Origin: Anaeramoeba ignava BMAN
Lineage: Eukaryota; Protista; Anaeramoebae
Length of the DNA stretch: 64,000 bases
Direction: 5' to 3'
Assembly: GCA_028826165.1 (NCBI GenBank)
Contig: JAPDFW010000080.1
Coordinates: 318,399 to 382,398 of the forward strand
Positions 24,201-36,343 of this stretch are shown here, one piece after another. The translations under genes were made by a program, and so were the position numbers. Within the stretch, counting starts at the first letter, position 1. The number at the start of each line of letters is the position of its first letter. A model generated the notes under the pieces. It saw only the letters and a list, made by a program, of their open reading frames with translations. It did not search any database and was not told the DNA's origin.

Positions 24201-25571
24201 TAATTTTAATTTTAATTTTAATTTTAATTTTAATTTTAATTTTAATTTTAAATTTTAATTTTAATTTTAATTTTAATTTTAATTTTAATTTTTAATTTTA
24301 ATTTTAATTTTAATTTTAATTTTAATTTTAATTTTAAATTTTAATTTTAATTTTAATTTTTAATTTTAATTTTAATTTAATTTTAATTTTAATTTTAATT
24401 TTAATTTTAATTTTTAATTTTAATTGAATTTTAATTTTAATTTTAATTTTAATTTTAATTTTAATTTTAATTTTAATTTTAATTTTAATTTTAATTTTGG
24501 AAATTTTTAATGAAAATTTTGTTTTAATTTGATAATTTTAATTTTAATTTTAATTTTAATTTTAATTTAAAATTTAATTTTAAATTTTAATTTTAACACA
24601 GGATTTTAAAAGGAACAAAATATTTAAATAAAGATTTTAATTTTTTTTAATTTTAATTTTTAATTTTCTTTTGATTTTGTTTATTTTAAAATTTATGGGA
24701 TATTTTAAAATTTCTAAATGGGCAAATTTTAATTTTAATTTTATTTTTAATTTTAATTTTAATTTCTAAATGAATTTCATTTTAATTTCTAAATAATTTT
24801 AATTTTAATTTTAATTTTAATTTCTAAATGAATTTTAAATTTTAATTTTAATTTTAATTTTAATTTTTAATTTTGAATTTTAATTTTAATTTTAATTTTA
24901 ATTTTAATTTTAATTTTAATTTTAATTTTAATTTTTAATTTTAATTTTAATTTTAATTTTAATTTTTTTTAAAATTTTAATTTTAATTTTGATTTTAATT
25001 TTAATTTTTAATTTTAATTTTAATTTTTAATTTTAATTTTAATTTTAATTTTAATTTTAAAATTTTAATTTTAATTTTAATTTTAATTTAATTTTAATTT
25101 TAATTTCTAAATGAATTTTGATTTGAATTTTAATTTTAATTTTAATTTTAATTTTAATTTCTAAATGAATTTCAATTTTAATTTTGATTTGAATTTTAAT
25201 TTTAATTTCTAAATGAATTTTAATTTTAATTTTAATTTCTAAATGAATTTTAATTTTAATTTCTAAATGAATTTTAATATTAATTTCTAAATGAATTTTA
25301 ATATTAATTTCTAAATGAATTTTAATTTTAATTTCAATTTCTAATAAAAAGATCACCAGTTTATTCAATTGCTTTTAGTCCAGATGGTGAATATTTAGCA
25401 AGTGGTTCATTTGATAAATCAATTTATATTTGGTCAGTAAAAACAGGAAATGTTGTTCGTTCTTATCAAGATACTGCTGGAATTTTTGAAGTAAGTTGGA
25501 GTCCAAATGGAGATAAAATTGCTGGAGCTTTTGCTGATCATAAAATTGCAATTCTTGATTTTAGGATGTGA
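21270..25571 (+). CDS. TBL1XR1: TBL1/TBL1XR1 (LisH + WD40), multi-exon; middle part scrambled
   Basis: [81 protein letters not shown]. Confidence 0.85.
21504..22199. repeat. Intronic ATAAATAATTTT 12-mer satellite (TBL1 intron 1)
   Basis: Direct reading; bounded by GT...AG. Confidence 0.9.
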
Positions 25572-25711
25572 TTCAATTAACTCCTTTTCCACTTTTTTTT
25601 TTGATTTTCCACTTTTTTTTTTGCTTTTTGCTTTTTTTTTTGGTTTAACAAACAAATTTTTTACTTTACTTTAATAATAAATCAATAAAACAAATTTAAT
25701 TTTTAAAAAGT

Positions 25712-25775
25712 ATTTTTTTCATTTTTTTCATTTTTTTCATTTTTTTCATTTTTCATTTTTTTTTAATTAATTATA
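25712..25775 (+). promoter_or_regulatory. Tandem TTTTTCATTTT initiator-like motif upstream of ATG (representative instance)
   Basis: Same motif lies within about 60 nt upstream of most start codons, on the sense strand. Confidence 0.55.
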
Positions 25776-27242
25776 ATGCAAAATAAAAAAGAAAAAGAAG
25801 AAGAAAAATATGATTTTATGTTGAACATATTATTAATTGGAGATTATGGAGTTGGAAAAACAAATATTGTAATGAGATATTCTGATAATGAATTTGGTAA
25901 TTTTCCTGATACAATTTCTCAAGTCGAATTTAAAACAAAGAAAATAGAAATTGGAGGAAAAATAATTAAATTGGAACTTCGAGATTCATCTGGTCAAGGT
26001 TTTTATAATTAAAAATATTTTAATTTTTATTTTAATTTAAATTTTTATTTATTATTTTTCAAATTTAAAGAACGTGTTACACAAATTGGGCAATGTATCT
26101 TTTCTTAAAAAAAAAAGCAAATTTATTTCAAAAAATTAATATTAATCCAAAATCAATCCAAAATTATTTCATTATTATTTAAGCGTATTATAAAGGAGTT
26201 CATGGAATTTTTTTAGTTTATGATATTACTAATAAAGATTCTTTTAGAAATATTAAAACAAGATGGTTTTATGATATCAGAAAATATGCAAATGAAAATG
26301 TTCAAATTATTTTAATTGGAAATAAAAATGATTTAGAAGAAAAAAGAATAATTTCAAAAGAAGAAGGAAAAGAATTTGCTGATAAATTAGAAATTCCTTT
26401 TTATGAAATTTCTGCTAAAAATAATATTAATATTGATGATATTTTTTATCATTTAACAACAAATATTCTTGAAAATATTGATGAAAATAATCAATTACAA
26501 CCAAGAATTAAAGATACAATTCAAAATGATTTTAAACAATTATTTGAAAGAAAAGAATTATGTGATTTTGAAATTGAATGTAAAGATGATCAAAATTCCA
26601 TTTAATAAAATCAAAATTCCAATTCATAAATTAATTATTCAAAACAGATTAAAAATTAATGAAAATCAAATTAAAAATGAATTATATTCAATTTTATTAC
26701 AAAATTCAGAAAAAGAAGTTAATATTTTATTAGAATGGATTTATTTTGGAAAAGTTTTATATTCAAATTTATCAATTTTAAAAGAATGGAAAAATAAACT
26801 TTCAAATATTTGTGAAATTGAATTTAAAAGAGGAACAAAATCATTTTTAAAAGATTTAGAAATATTAATGAATTCAGAAGAAACTAAAGATTTTCAAATT
26901 ATTTCAAATAATCAAATAATCAAAGTTCATAAAATAATATTATTAACCAGAAGTGAATTATATCGAGGAATGTTTATTAATGTAACTGAAGATAAAACCA
27001 ATCAAGTTCATGAATACAGTAATAAACAACTCGAAACTATTCAATCATTAATCCATTTTTTTTATACTGATGAACTTCCAAAAATTGAAAAATCAATAAT
27101 TTATGAAGAATTAAAAGAATGTGTTGATTATTTTCAATTAAATTCAAAAAGATTAATTCAAATTATTCAAAAAATTGAAAAAGAAATTGAAAATCAAAAT
27201 CAAATTCAAATTCAAAATCAAAAGAAATGTTTAATTTTTTGA
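25776..27242 (+). CDS. Rab-BTB-BTB-CaaX fusion 1; exons 25776-25998, 26071-26094, 26184-27242 (+1 frameshift near 26597)
   Basis: [13 protein letters not shown]|ERVTQIGQS|YYKG, IGNKND, ISAK, then the BTB-BTB tail and KKCLIF. Confidence 0.8.
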
Positions 27243-27309
27243 AATTTTAAAAATATTTTTTTTCATTTTTTCATTTTTCATTTTTCATTTTTTCAATTAA
27301 TGAATTATA

Positions 27310-28762
27310 ATGCAAAATAAAAAAGAAAAATATGATTTTTTATTTAAAATTTTAATAGCTGGAGATTATAAAGTTGGAAAAACACAAATGCTATCAAGAT
27401 TTTGTGATAATCAATTTACAGATGAATATAAAGAAACTATTGGAGTTGATTTAAAAATGGAAATAATAGAAATTGAAGGAAAAACAATTCAATTACAAAT
27501 TTGGGATGTAGCTGGTCAAGGTTTTTATAATTAAAAATAATTAAAATATTAAAATATTCATATTTAAATTTAATTTTTATTTTCCAAATTTTAAAGATGA
27601 CTTTAGATCGATTATTCCAAGTATCTTTTCTTAAAAAAAAAAGCAAATTTATTTCAAAAAATTAATATTAATCCAAAATTATTTCATTATTATTTAAGTG
27701 TATTTTAGAGGAGCAAAAGGAGTTCTTTTAGTTTATGATATTACTAATCAAAATTCTTTTAATAATATTAAAACAAGATGGATTGAAGATATCAAAAAAA
27801 ATTTAAATAAAACTCTCCAAATGATTTTAATTGGAAATAAAAATGATTTAGAAGAAAAAAGAATAATTTCAAAAGAAAAAGGAAAAGAATTTGCTGATAA
27901 ATTACAAATTCCTTTTTATGAAGTTTCTGCTAAAAATAATATTAATATTGATGATGCTTTTTTTCATTTAGCAACAAATATTCTTGAAAATATTGATGAA
28001 AATAATCAATTAAAACCAAAAAATAAATATACAATTCAAGAAGATTTTAAACAATTATTTGAAAGAAAAGAATTATGTGATTTTGAAATTGAATGTAAAG
28101 ATGATCAAAATCCTCTTAATAAAATCAAAATTCCAATTCATAAATTAATTATTCAAAACAGATTAAAAATTAATGAAAATCAAATTAAAAATGAGTTATA
28201 TTCAATTTTATCACAAAATTCAGAAAAAGAAGTTAATATTTTATTAGAATGGATTTATTTTGGAAAAGTTTTATATTCAAATTTATCAATTTTAAAAGAA
28301 TGGAAAAATAAATTTTCAAATATTATTTGTGAAATTGAATTTAAAAGAGGAACAACATCATTTTTAAAAGATTTAGAAATATTAATGAATTCAGAAGAAA
28401 CTAAAGATTTTCAAATTATTTCAAATAAAAAAAAAATCAAAGTTCATAAAATAATATTATTAGCCAGAAGTGAATTATATCGAGGAATGTTTATTAATGT
28501 AACTGAAGATAAAACCAATCAAGTTCATGAATACAGTAATAAACAACTTAAAACTATTCAATCATTAATTCATTTTTTTTATACTGATGAACTTCCAAAA
28601 ATTGAAAAATCAATAATTTATGAAGAATTAAAAGAATGTGTTGATTATTTTCAATTAAATTCAACAAGATTAATTCAAATTATTCAAAAAATTGAAAATG
28701 AAAAAGAAAAAGAAAAGGAAAAAAATGTGAATCCTTTCGAAACAAGATGTTTAATTTTTTGA
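27310..28762 (+). CDS. Rab-BTB-BTB-CaaX fusion 2; exons 27310-27520, 27597-27620, 27699-28762
   Basis: GDYKVGKT, TIGVDL, WDVAGQ|DDFRSIIPM|YFRGAKG, NKND, SAK, BTB tail, TRCLIF. Confidence 0.88.
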
Positions 28763-28828
28763 AATTTAAAAATATTTTTCATTTTTCATTTTTTCATTTT
28801 TCATTTTTCATTTTTAATTATTTATAAA

Positions 28829-30266
28829 ATGAATAAAAAATCTTTAGGTTATGATTATGATTTTTTATTTAAATTTTTATTTATTGGAGATTATGGAGTT
28901 GGAAAAACAAAAATTTTAATAAGATTTTCTGATAATGAATTTGGTGATTTTCCTCTTTCAACTATTGGAGTTCAATTTAAAATAAAAACAATAGAAATTG
29001 AAGGAAAAATAATTAAATTACAACTTTGGGATACATCTGGTCAAGGTTTTTATAATTAAAATAATTTAAAATAATTCAATTTTTAATTTAATTTTAATTT
29101 AACTTAATTATTATTTTCCAAATTTTAAAGAACGTTTTAGAGCACTTACTCCATGTATCTTTTCTTAAAAAAAAGAAAATTTATTTCAAAAAATTAATAT
29201 TAATCCAAAATCAATCCAAAATTATTTCATTATTATTTAAGCTTATTATAGAGGAGTTCATGGAATTTTTTTAGTTTATGATATTACTAATCAAGATTCT
29301 TTTAATAATATTAAAACAAGATGGATTGAAGATATCAATAAATATGCAAATGAAAATATTCAAATTATTTTAATTGGAAATAAAAATGATTTAGAAGAAA
29401 AAAGAATAATTTCAAAAGAAGAAGGAAAAGAACTTGCTGATAAATTACAAATTCCTTTTTATGAAGTTTCTGCTAAAAATAATATTAATATTGATGATGC
29501 TTTTTATCATTTAACAACAAATATTCTTGAAAATATTGATGAAGATGAAAATATAATTAAATATTCAATTCAAAATGATTTTAAACAATTATTTGAAAGA
29601 AAAGAATTATGTGATTTTGAAATTGAATGTAAAGATGCTCAAAATTCTCTTAATAAAATCAAAATTCCAATTCATAAATTAATTATTCAAAATAGATTAA
29701 AAATTAATGAAAATCAAATTAAAAATGAGTTATATTCAATTTTATCACAAAATTCAGAAAAAGAAGTTAATATTTTATTAGAATGGATTTATTTTGGAAA
29801 AGTTTTATATTCAAATTTATCAATTTTAAAAGAATGGAAAAATAAACTTTCAAATATTTGTGAAATTGAATTTAAAAGAGGAACAAAATCATTTTTAAAA
29901 GATTTAGAAATATTAATGAATTCAGAAGAAACTAAAGATTTTCAAATTATTTCAAATAAAAAAAAAATCAAAGTTCATAAAATAATATTATTAGCCAGAA
30001 GTGAATTATATCGAGGAATGTTTATTAATGTAACTGAAGATAAAACCAATCAAGTTCATGAATACAGTAATAAACAACTTAAAACTATTCAATCATTAAT
30101 TCATTTTTTTTATACTGATAAACTTCCAAAAATTGAAAAATCAATAATTTATGAAGAATTAAAAGAATGTGTTGATTATTTTCAATTAAATTCAACAAGA
30201 TTAATTCAAATTATTCAAAAAATTGAAAATGAAAAAGAAAAAGAAAAGAAATGTTTAATTTTTTGA
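28829..30266 (+). CDS. Rab-BTB-BTB-CaaX fusion 3; exons 28829-29045, 29131-29154, 29242-30266
   Basis: [20 protein letters not shown]|ERFRALTPS|YYRGVHG, BTB tail, KKCLIF. Confidence 0.88.
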
Positions 30267-30326
30267 AATTTAAAAAATATTTTTTTTCATTTTTTCATTT
30301 TTCATTTTTTCAATTAATGAATTATA

Positions 30327-31897
30327 ATGCAAAATAAAAAAGAAAAATATGATTTTTTATTCAGAATTCTTATGCTTGGAGATTCTGGAGTTGGAAAAAC
30401 AAGTTTATGGAAAAGATATTGTGATAATTTTTTTACAGATAAATATACCTTCAATGTTGGAGCTGATTTCAAAACAAAAAAAATAGAAATTGAAGGAAAA
30501 ATAATTCAATTACAAATTTGGGATGTAGCTGGTCAAGGTTTTTATAATTTAAAAACAATTTAAATTATTCAATTAATTTAAATTAATTTTTCAATTTATT
30601 TTTAGCTCGTTATAGAACAATTACTTCATGTATCTTTTTTAAAAAAAAGCAAATTTATTCTAAAAATCAATAATTGAAAATCAATCCAAAATTAATCCAA
30701 AATTATTTCATTATTATTTAAGCTTATTTTAGAGCAGCAAAAGGAGTTCTTTTAGTTTATGATATTACTAATCAAAATTCTTTGAGAAATATTAATGGTT
30801 ATTGGATGGAAGAAATCAAAGAATTTACAGATGAAAATCTTCAAATTATTTTAATTGGAAATAAAAATGATTTAGAAGAAAAAAGAATAATTTCAAAAGA
30901 AAAAGGAAAAGAATTTGCTGATAAATTACAAATTCCTTTTTATGAAGTTTCTGTTAAAAATAATATTAATATTGATGATGCTTTTTATCATTTAACAACA
31001 AATATTCTTGAAAATATTGATGAAGATGAAAATATAATTAAATATTCAATTCAAAATGATTTTAAACAATTATTTGAAAGAAAAGAATTATGTGATTTTG
31101 AAATTGAATGTAAAGATGCTCAAAATCCATTTAATAAAATCAAAATTCCAATTCATAAATTAATTATTCAAAACAGATTAAAAATTAATGAAAATCAAAT
31201 CAAAAATGAATTATATTCAATTTTATTACAAAATTCAGAAAAAGAAGTTAATATTTTATTAGAATGGATTTATTTTGGAAAAGTTTTATATTCAAATTTA
31301 TCAATTTTAAAAGAATGGAAAAATAAACTTTCAAATATTTGTGAAATTGAATTTAAAAGAGGAACAAAATCATTTTTAAAAGATTTAGAAATATTAATGA
31401 ATTCAGAAGAAACTAAAGATTTCCAAATTATTTCAAATAAAAAAAAAATCAAAGTTCATAAAATAATATTATTAGCCAGAAGTGAATTATATCGAGGAAT
31501 GTTTATTAATGTAACTGAAGATAAAACCAATCAAGTTCATGAATACAGTAATAAACAACTTAAAACTATTCAATCATTAATTCATTTTTTTTATACTGAT
31601 AAACTTCCAAAAATTGAAAAATCAAAAATTTATGAAGAATTAAAAGAATGTGTTGATTATTTTCAATTAAATTCAACAAGATTAATTCAAATTATTCAAA
31701 AAATTGAAAATGAAAAAGAAATTCAAAATCAAAATCAAAATCAAAATCAAAATCAAAATCAAAATCAAAATCAAAATCAAAATCAAAATCAAAATCAAAA
31801 TCAAAATCAAAATCAAAATCAAAATCAAAATCAAAATCAAATTCAAAATCAAAATCAAAATCAAAATCAAAATCAAAAGAAATGTTTAATTTTTTGA
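30327..31897 (+). CDS. Rab-BTB-BTB-CaaX fusion 4; exons 30327-30537, 30606-30629, 30723-31897
   Basis: GDSGVGKT, NVGADF, WDVAGQ|ARYRTITSS|YFRAAKG, BTB tail, long (QN)n, KKCLIF. Confidence 0.88.
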
Positions 31898-31968
31898 AAT
31901 TTTAAAAATATTTTTTTTCATTTTTCATTTTTCATTTTTCATTTTTCAATTAATTAATTATTTATAAA

Positions 31969-33444
31969 ATGAATAAAAAATCTTTAGGTTATGATTATGA
32001 TTTTTTATTTAAAATTTTATTTATTGGAGATTATAGAGTTGGAAAAACAAGTTTATGGAAAAGATATTGTGATAATAAGTTTGGTGATTATGATTTAAGT
32101 GTTGATTTCAAAATAAAAATGATAGAAATTGAAGGAAAAATAATTAAATTACAAATTTGGGATACATCTGGTCAAGGTTTTTATAATTAAAAATAATTTA
32201 AAATATTCAAATTTAAATTCAAAATTAATTTTTAATTTAATTTTTATTTTCCAAATTTTAAAGAACGTTTTAGACCAATTCCATCAGGTTTTTTTTAAAA
32301 AAAAACAAATTTATTTCAAAAAATTAATATTAATCCAAAATCAATCCAAAATTATTTCATTATTATTTAAGCTTATTATAGAGCAGTTCATGGAATTATT
32401 TTAGTTTATGATATTACTAATAAAGATTCTTTTAATAATATTAATAATTTTTGGATTGAAGAAATCAAAAAATATGCAAATGAAAATCTTCAAATTATTT
32501 TAATTGGAAATAAAAATGATTTAGAAGAAAAAAGAATAATTTCAAAAGAAGAAGGAGAAGATTTTACTGATGAATTACAAATTCCTTTTTATGAAGTTTC
32601 TGCTAAAAATAATATTAATATTGATGATGCTTTTTTTCATTTAGCAACAAATATTCTTGAAAATCTTGGTAAAGATAGTCAATTAAAAACAAGAATCAAT
32701 GAAAGAAATAAATATACAATTCAAGAAGATTTTAAACAATTATTTGAAAGAAAAGAATTATGTGATTTTGAAATTGAATGTAAAGATGATCAAAATCCAT
32801 TTAATAAAATCAAAATTCCAATTCATAAATTAATTATTCAAAACAGATTAAAAATTAATGAAAATCAAATCAAAAATGAGTTATATTCAATTTTATTACA
32901 AAATTCAGAAAAAGAAGTTAATATTTTATTAGAATGGATTTATTTTGGAAAAGTTTTATATTCAAATTTATCAATTTTAAAAGAATGGAAAAATAAACTT
33001 TCAAATATTATTTGTGAAATTGAATTTAAAACAGGAACAAAATCATTTTTAAAAGATTTAGAAATATTAATGAATTCAGAAGAAACTAAAGATTTTCAAA
33101 TTATTTCAAATAATCAAATAATCAAAGTTCATAAAATAATATTATTAACCAGAAGTGAATTATATCGAGGAATGTTTATTAATGTAACTGAAGATAAAAC
33201 CAATCAAGTTCATGAATACAGTAATAAAGAACTTAAAACTATTCAATCATTAATCCATTTTTTTTATACTGATGAACTTCCAAAAATTGAAAAATCAAAA
33301 ATTTATGAAGAATTAAAAGAATGTGTTGATTATTTTCAATTAAATTCAACAAGATTAATTCAAATTATTCAAAAAATTGAAAAAGAAATTCAAAATCAAA
33401 ATCAAAATCAAAATCAAAATCAAAAGAAATGTTTAATTTTTTGA
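31969..33444 (+). CDS. Rab-BTB-BTB-CaaX fusion 5; exons 31969-32176, 32264-32287, 32372-33444
   Basis: GDYRVGKT, shortened switch I (DLSVDF), WDTSGQ|ERFRPIPSA|YYRAVHG, BTB tail, KKCLIF. Confidence 0.88.
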
Positions 33445-33517
33445 AATTTAAAAAATATTTTTTTTCATTTTTTCATTTTTCATTTTTCATTTTTCATTTT
33501 TCAATTAATTAATTATA

Positions 33518-34936
33518 ATGCAAAATAAAAAAGAAAAATATGATTTTATGTTTAAAATTGTATTAGTTGGTTTTTTTGAAGTTGGAAAAACACAAATTTT
33601 ATCAAGATTTTGTGATAATCAATTTACAGATGAATATGAACAAACTATTGGAGCTGCTTTCAAAACAAAAACAATAGAAATTGAAGGAAAAATAATTAAA
33701 TTACAACTTTGGGATATATCTGGTCCAGGTTTTTATAATTAAAAATAATTTAATTTAATTTAATTTCAATTTTAAATTATTTTCCAAAATTTAAAGAACG
33801 TTTTAGAACAATTACTCCAAGTATCTTTTCTTAAAAAAAAAGCAAATTTATCTCAAAATATTAATATTAATCCAATATTAATCCAAAATTATTTCATTAT
33901 TATTTAAGTGTATTTTAGAGGAGCAAAAAGGTTTTTAGTTTATGATATTACTAATCAAGATTCTTTGAGAAATATTAATGGTTATTGGATGGAAAAAATC
34001 AAAGAAGTTACAAATGAAAATCTTCAAATGATTTTAATTGGAAATAAAAATGATTTAGAAGAAAAAAGAATAATTTCAAAAGAAAAAGGAAAAGAATTTG
34101 CTGATAAATTACAAATTCCTTTTTATGAAATTTCTGTTAAAAATAATATTAATATTGATGATGCTTTTTATCATTTAACAACAAATATTCTTGAAAATAT
34201 TGATTATAATGAAGATGAAAATATAATTAAATATACAATTCAAAATGATTTTAAACAATTATTTGAAAGAAAAGAATTATGTGATTTTGAAATTGAATGT
34301 AAAGATGACCAAAATCCTCTTAATAAAATCAAAATTCCAATTCATAAATTAATTATTCAAAATAGATTAAAAATTAATGAAAATCAAATCAAAAATGAGT
34401 TATATTCAATTTTATTACAAAATTCAGAAAAAGAAGTTAATATTTTATTAGAATGGATTTATTTTGGAAAAGTTTTATATTCAAATTTATCAATTTTAAA
34501 AGAATGGAAAAATAAACTTTCAAATATTTGTAAAATTGAATTTAAAACAGGAACAACATCATTTTTAAAAGATTTAGAAATATTAATGAATTCAGAAGAA
34601 ACTAAAGATTTCCAAATTATTTCAAATAATCAAAAAATCAAAGTTCATAAAATAATATTATTAGCCAGAAGTGAATTATATCGAGGAATGTTTATTAATG
34701 TAACTGAAGATAAAACTAATCAAGTTCATGAATACAGTAATAAACAATTCAAAACTATTCAATCATTAATCCATTTTTTTTATACTGATGAACTTCCAAA
34801 AATTGAAAAATCAAAAATTTATGAAGAATTAAAAGAATGTGTTGATTATTTTCAATTAAATTCAACAAGATTAATTCAAATTATTCAAAAAATTGAAAAT
34901 GAAAAAGAAAAAGAAAAGAAATGTTTAATTTTTTGA
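33518..34936 (+). CDS. Rab-BTB-BTB-CaaX fusion 6; exons 33518-33728, 33797-33820, 33909-34936
   Basis: GFFEVGKT, TIGAAF, WDISGP|ERFRTITPM|YFRGAK, BTB tail, KKCLIF. Confidence 0.88.
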
Positions 34937-34998
34937 AAATAAAAATTTGAATGATTTACAATAAAAGAAAAAAACCATTTTCTAAATAAAAAATATTT

Positions 34999-36122
34999 TT
35001 AAATATCTTCAGTATCATAATAAAGCTGTTCCTTTTTTAAATTGTTTAATTTAGTTTGAGCAACAAACCATTTCTCTTCAAAATTATTTGAACGATCAAT
35101 ACCATCCCACCAAGGACCAGGAGGGATATTAAATCTATTTTTAGAATGAGGACCATTATAAATTTTTTTTGGTTTAGGAATTATTGTTGATCCATCAAGA
35201 TGATAATATTTTTTATTTGAATTTTCATTTGAATTTTTTAAATTTTCATTTGAATTTCCATTTGAATTTTTTAAATTTTCATTTTTTGAATTTTCATTGA
35301 AATTTTCATTTTTTGAATTTTCATTGAAATTTTCATTTAAATTTTCATTTGAATTTGAATTTTCATTCAATTTATCCTTGTGTTTCTTTCTATGTTTTCT
35401 TTTTTTTTCCTTCTTTTTTTCCTTCTTTTTTTGTTTCTTCTTTTTTTTCTTCATTTCCTTTTTATCCTTTTCATTTTCATCAACAATATCAATATAATTT
35501 TGCAAAGGATCACCCCATCTTTGTTTAGATTTATAATAATCATTAAGTTCTTCATCATCAGAATATTGAGTAAATTTAGTATCATTTTTTGCCAGTTCAA
35601 GTTCTTGTTTTTTCTTGTCATTTTTCCCAATTCCCCATTCCATTTCAGCTTCATCTGTTTGAATATATTCACCTCTTTGTTGGTTTAAAAATTCATTTAA
35701 CATTTCTAATTTTCTTCCATGTCGATCAACTGGAAATTCTTCTTCTTTTTGTTTTCTTTGTTTAATTTTATATTGATTTTGTTTTTGAAAATTTCTAGTA
35801 TTTTCTGTTGAATTTGAAACTGTTTTCCAACTTCCTGTTGGTTTATTTTCCTTTAAATCTTTTAAATTAAATATAAATTAAATTTTTAAATTAAATTTTT
35901 AAATTAAATTTTTCAATTAAATTTTTAAATTAAATTTTTCAATTAAATTTTTAAATTAAATTTTTATTTACTTTTTATATTGGAAAGATCAATAAATTGT
36001 GTATTTGTGTTATTTTTTAAAAAGTCCTCATCTTCATCTATAATTTTTATTCCTTTTTGTTTAGATTTTCTTTTTTTAATTTTTTTTTTTGTTTTATCAA
36101 TATATTTTTGTTTATCAGACAT
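34999..36122 (-). CDS. BUD13: RES complex splicing factor BUD13/CWC26; exons 36122-35972, 35858-34999
   Basis: RWGDPL and NRFNIPPGPWWDGIDRSNNFEEKWF signature motifs. Confidence 0.85.
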
Positions 36123-36343
36123 TTTAAATGAAAAAAAAAAATGAAAAAAATAAATTATAATTTATAAAAATTTTTAGTAATTTTTATTTGGTTTTTTTTT
36201 GTTTGGTTTTTTTAATAAAAAAAAATTTTTTTTCTTTTTTTTTTTATCTTGAAAGAAATCATTTTTTTTTGTTTCTTTTTTTATTTTCTTTTCCAATTTT
36301 TTCTTTTTAAAACAAAAAAAAACACAAAAAACAACACTTTTCA

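Noticed and set aside
23600-25350. Scrambled TBL1 middle with short duplicated exon pieces (23617-23647 repeats 23407-23437; GGTCATACTGATGA at 23647 and 24001), superficially like gene scrambling
   Set aside because: Fragments are interleaved with AATTTT satellite and full of indels; a collapsed or poorly polished long-read consensus is the simplest explanation
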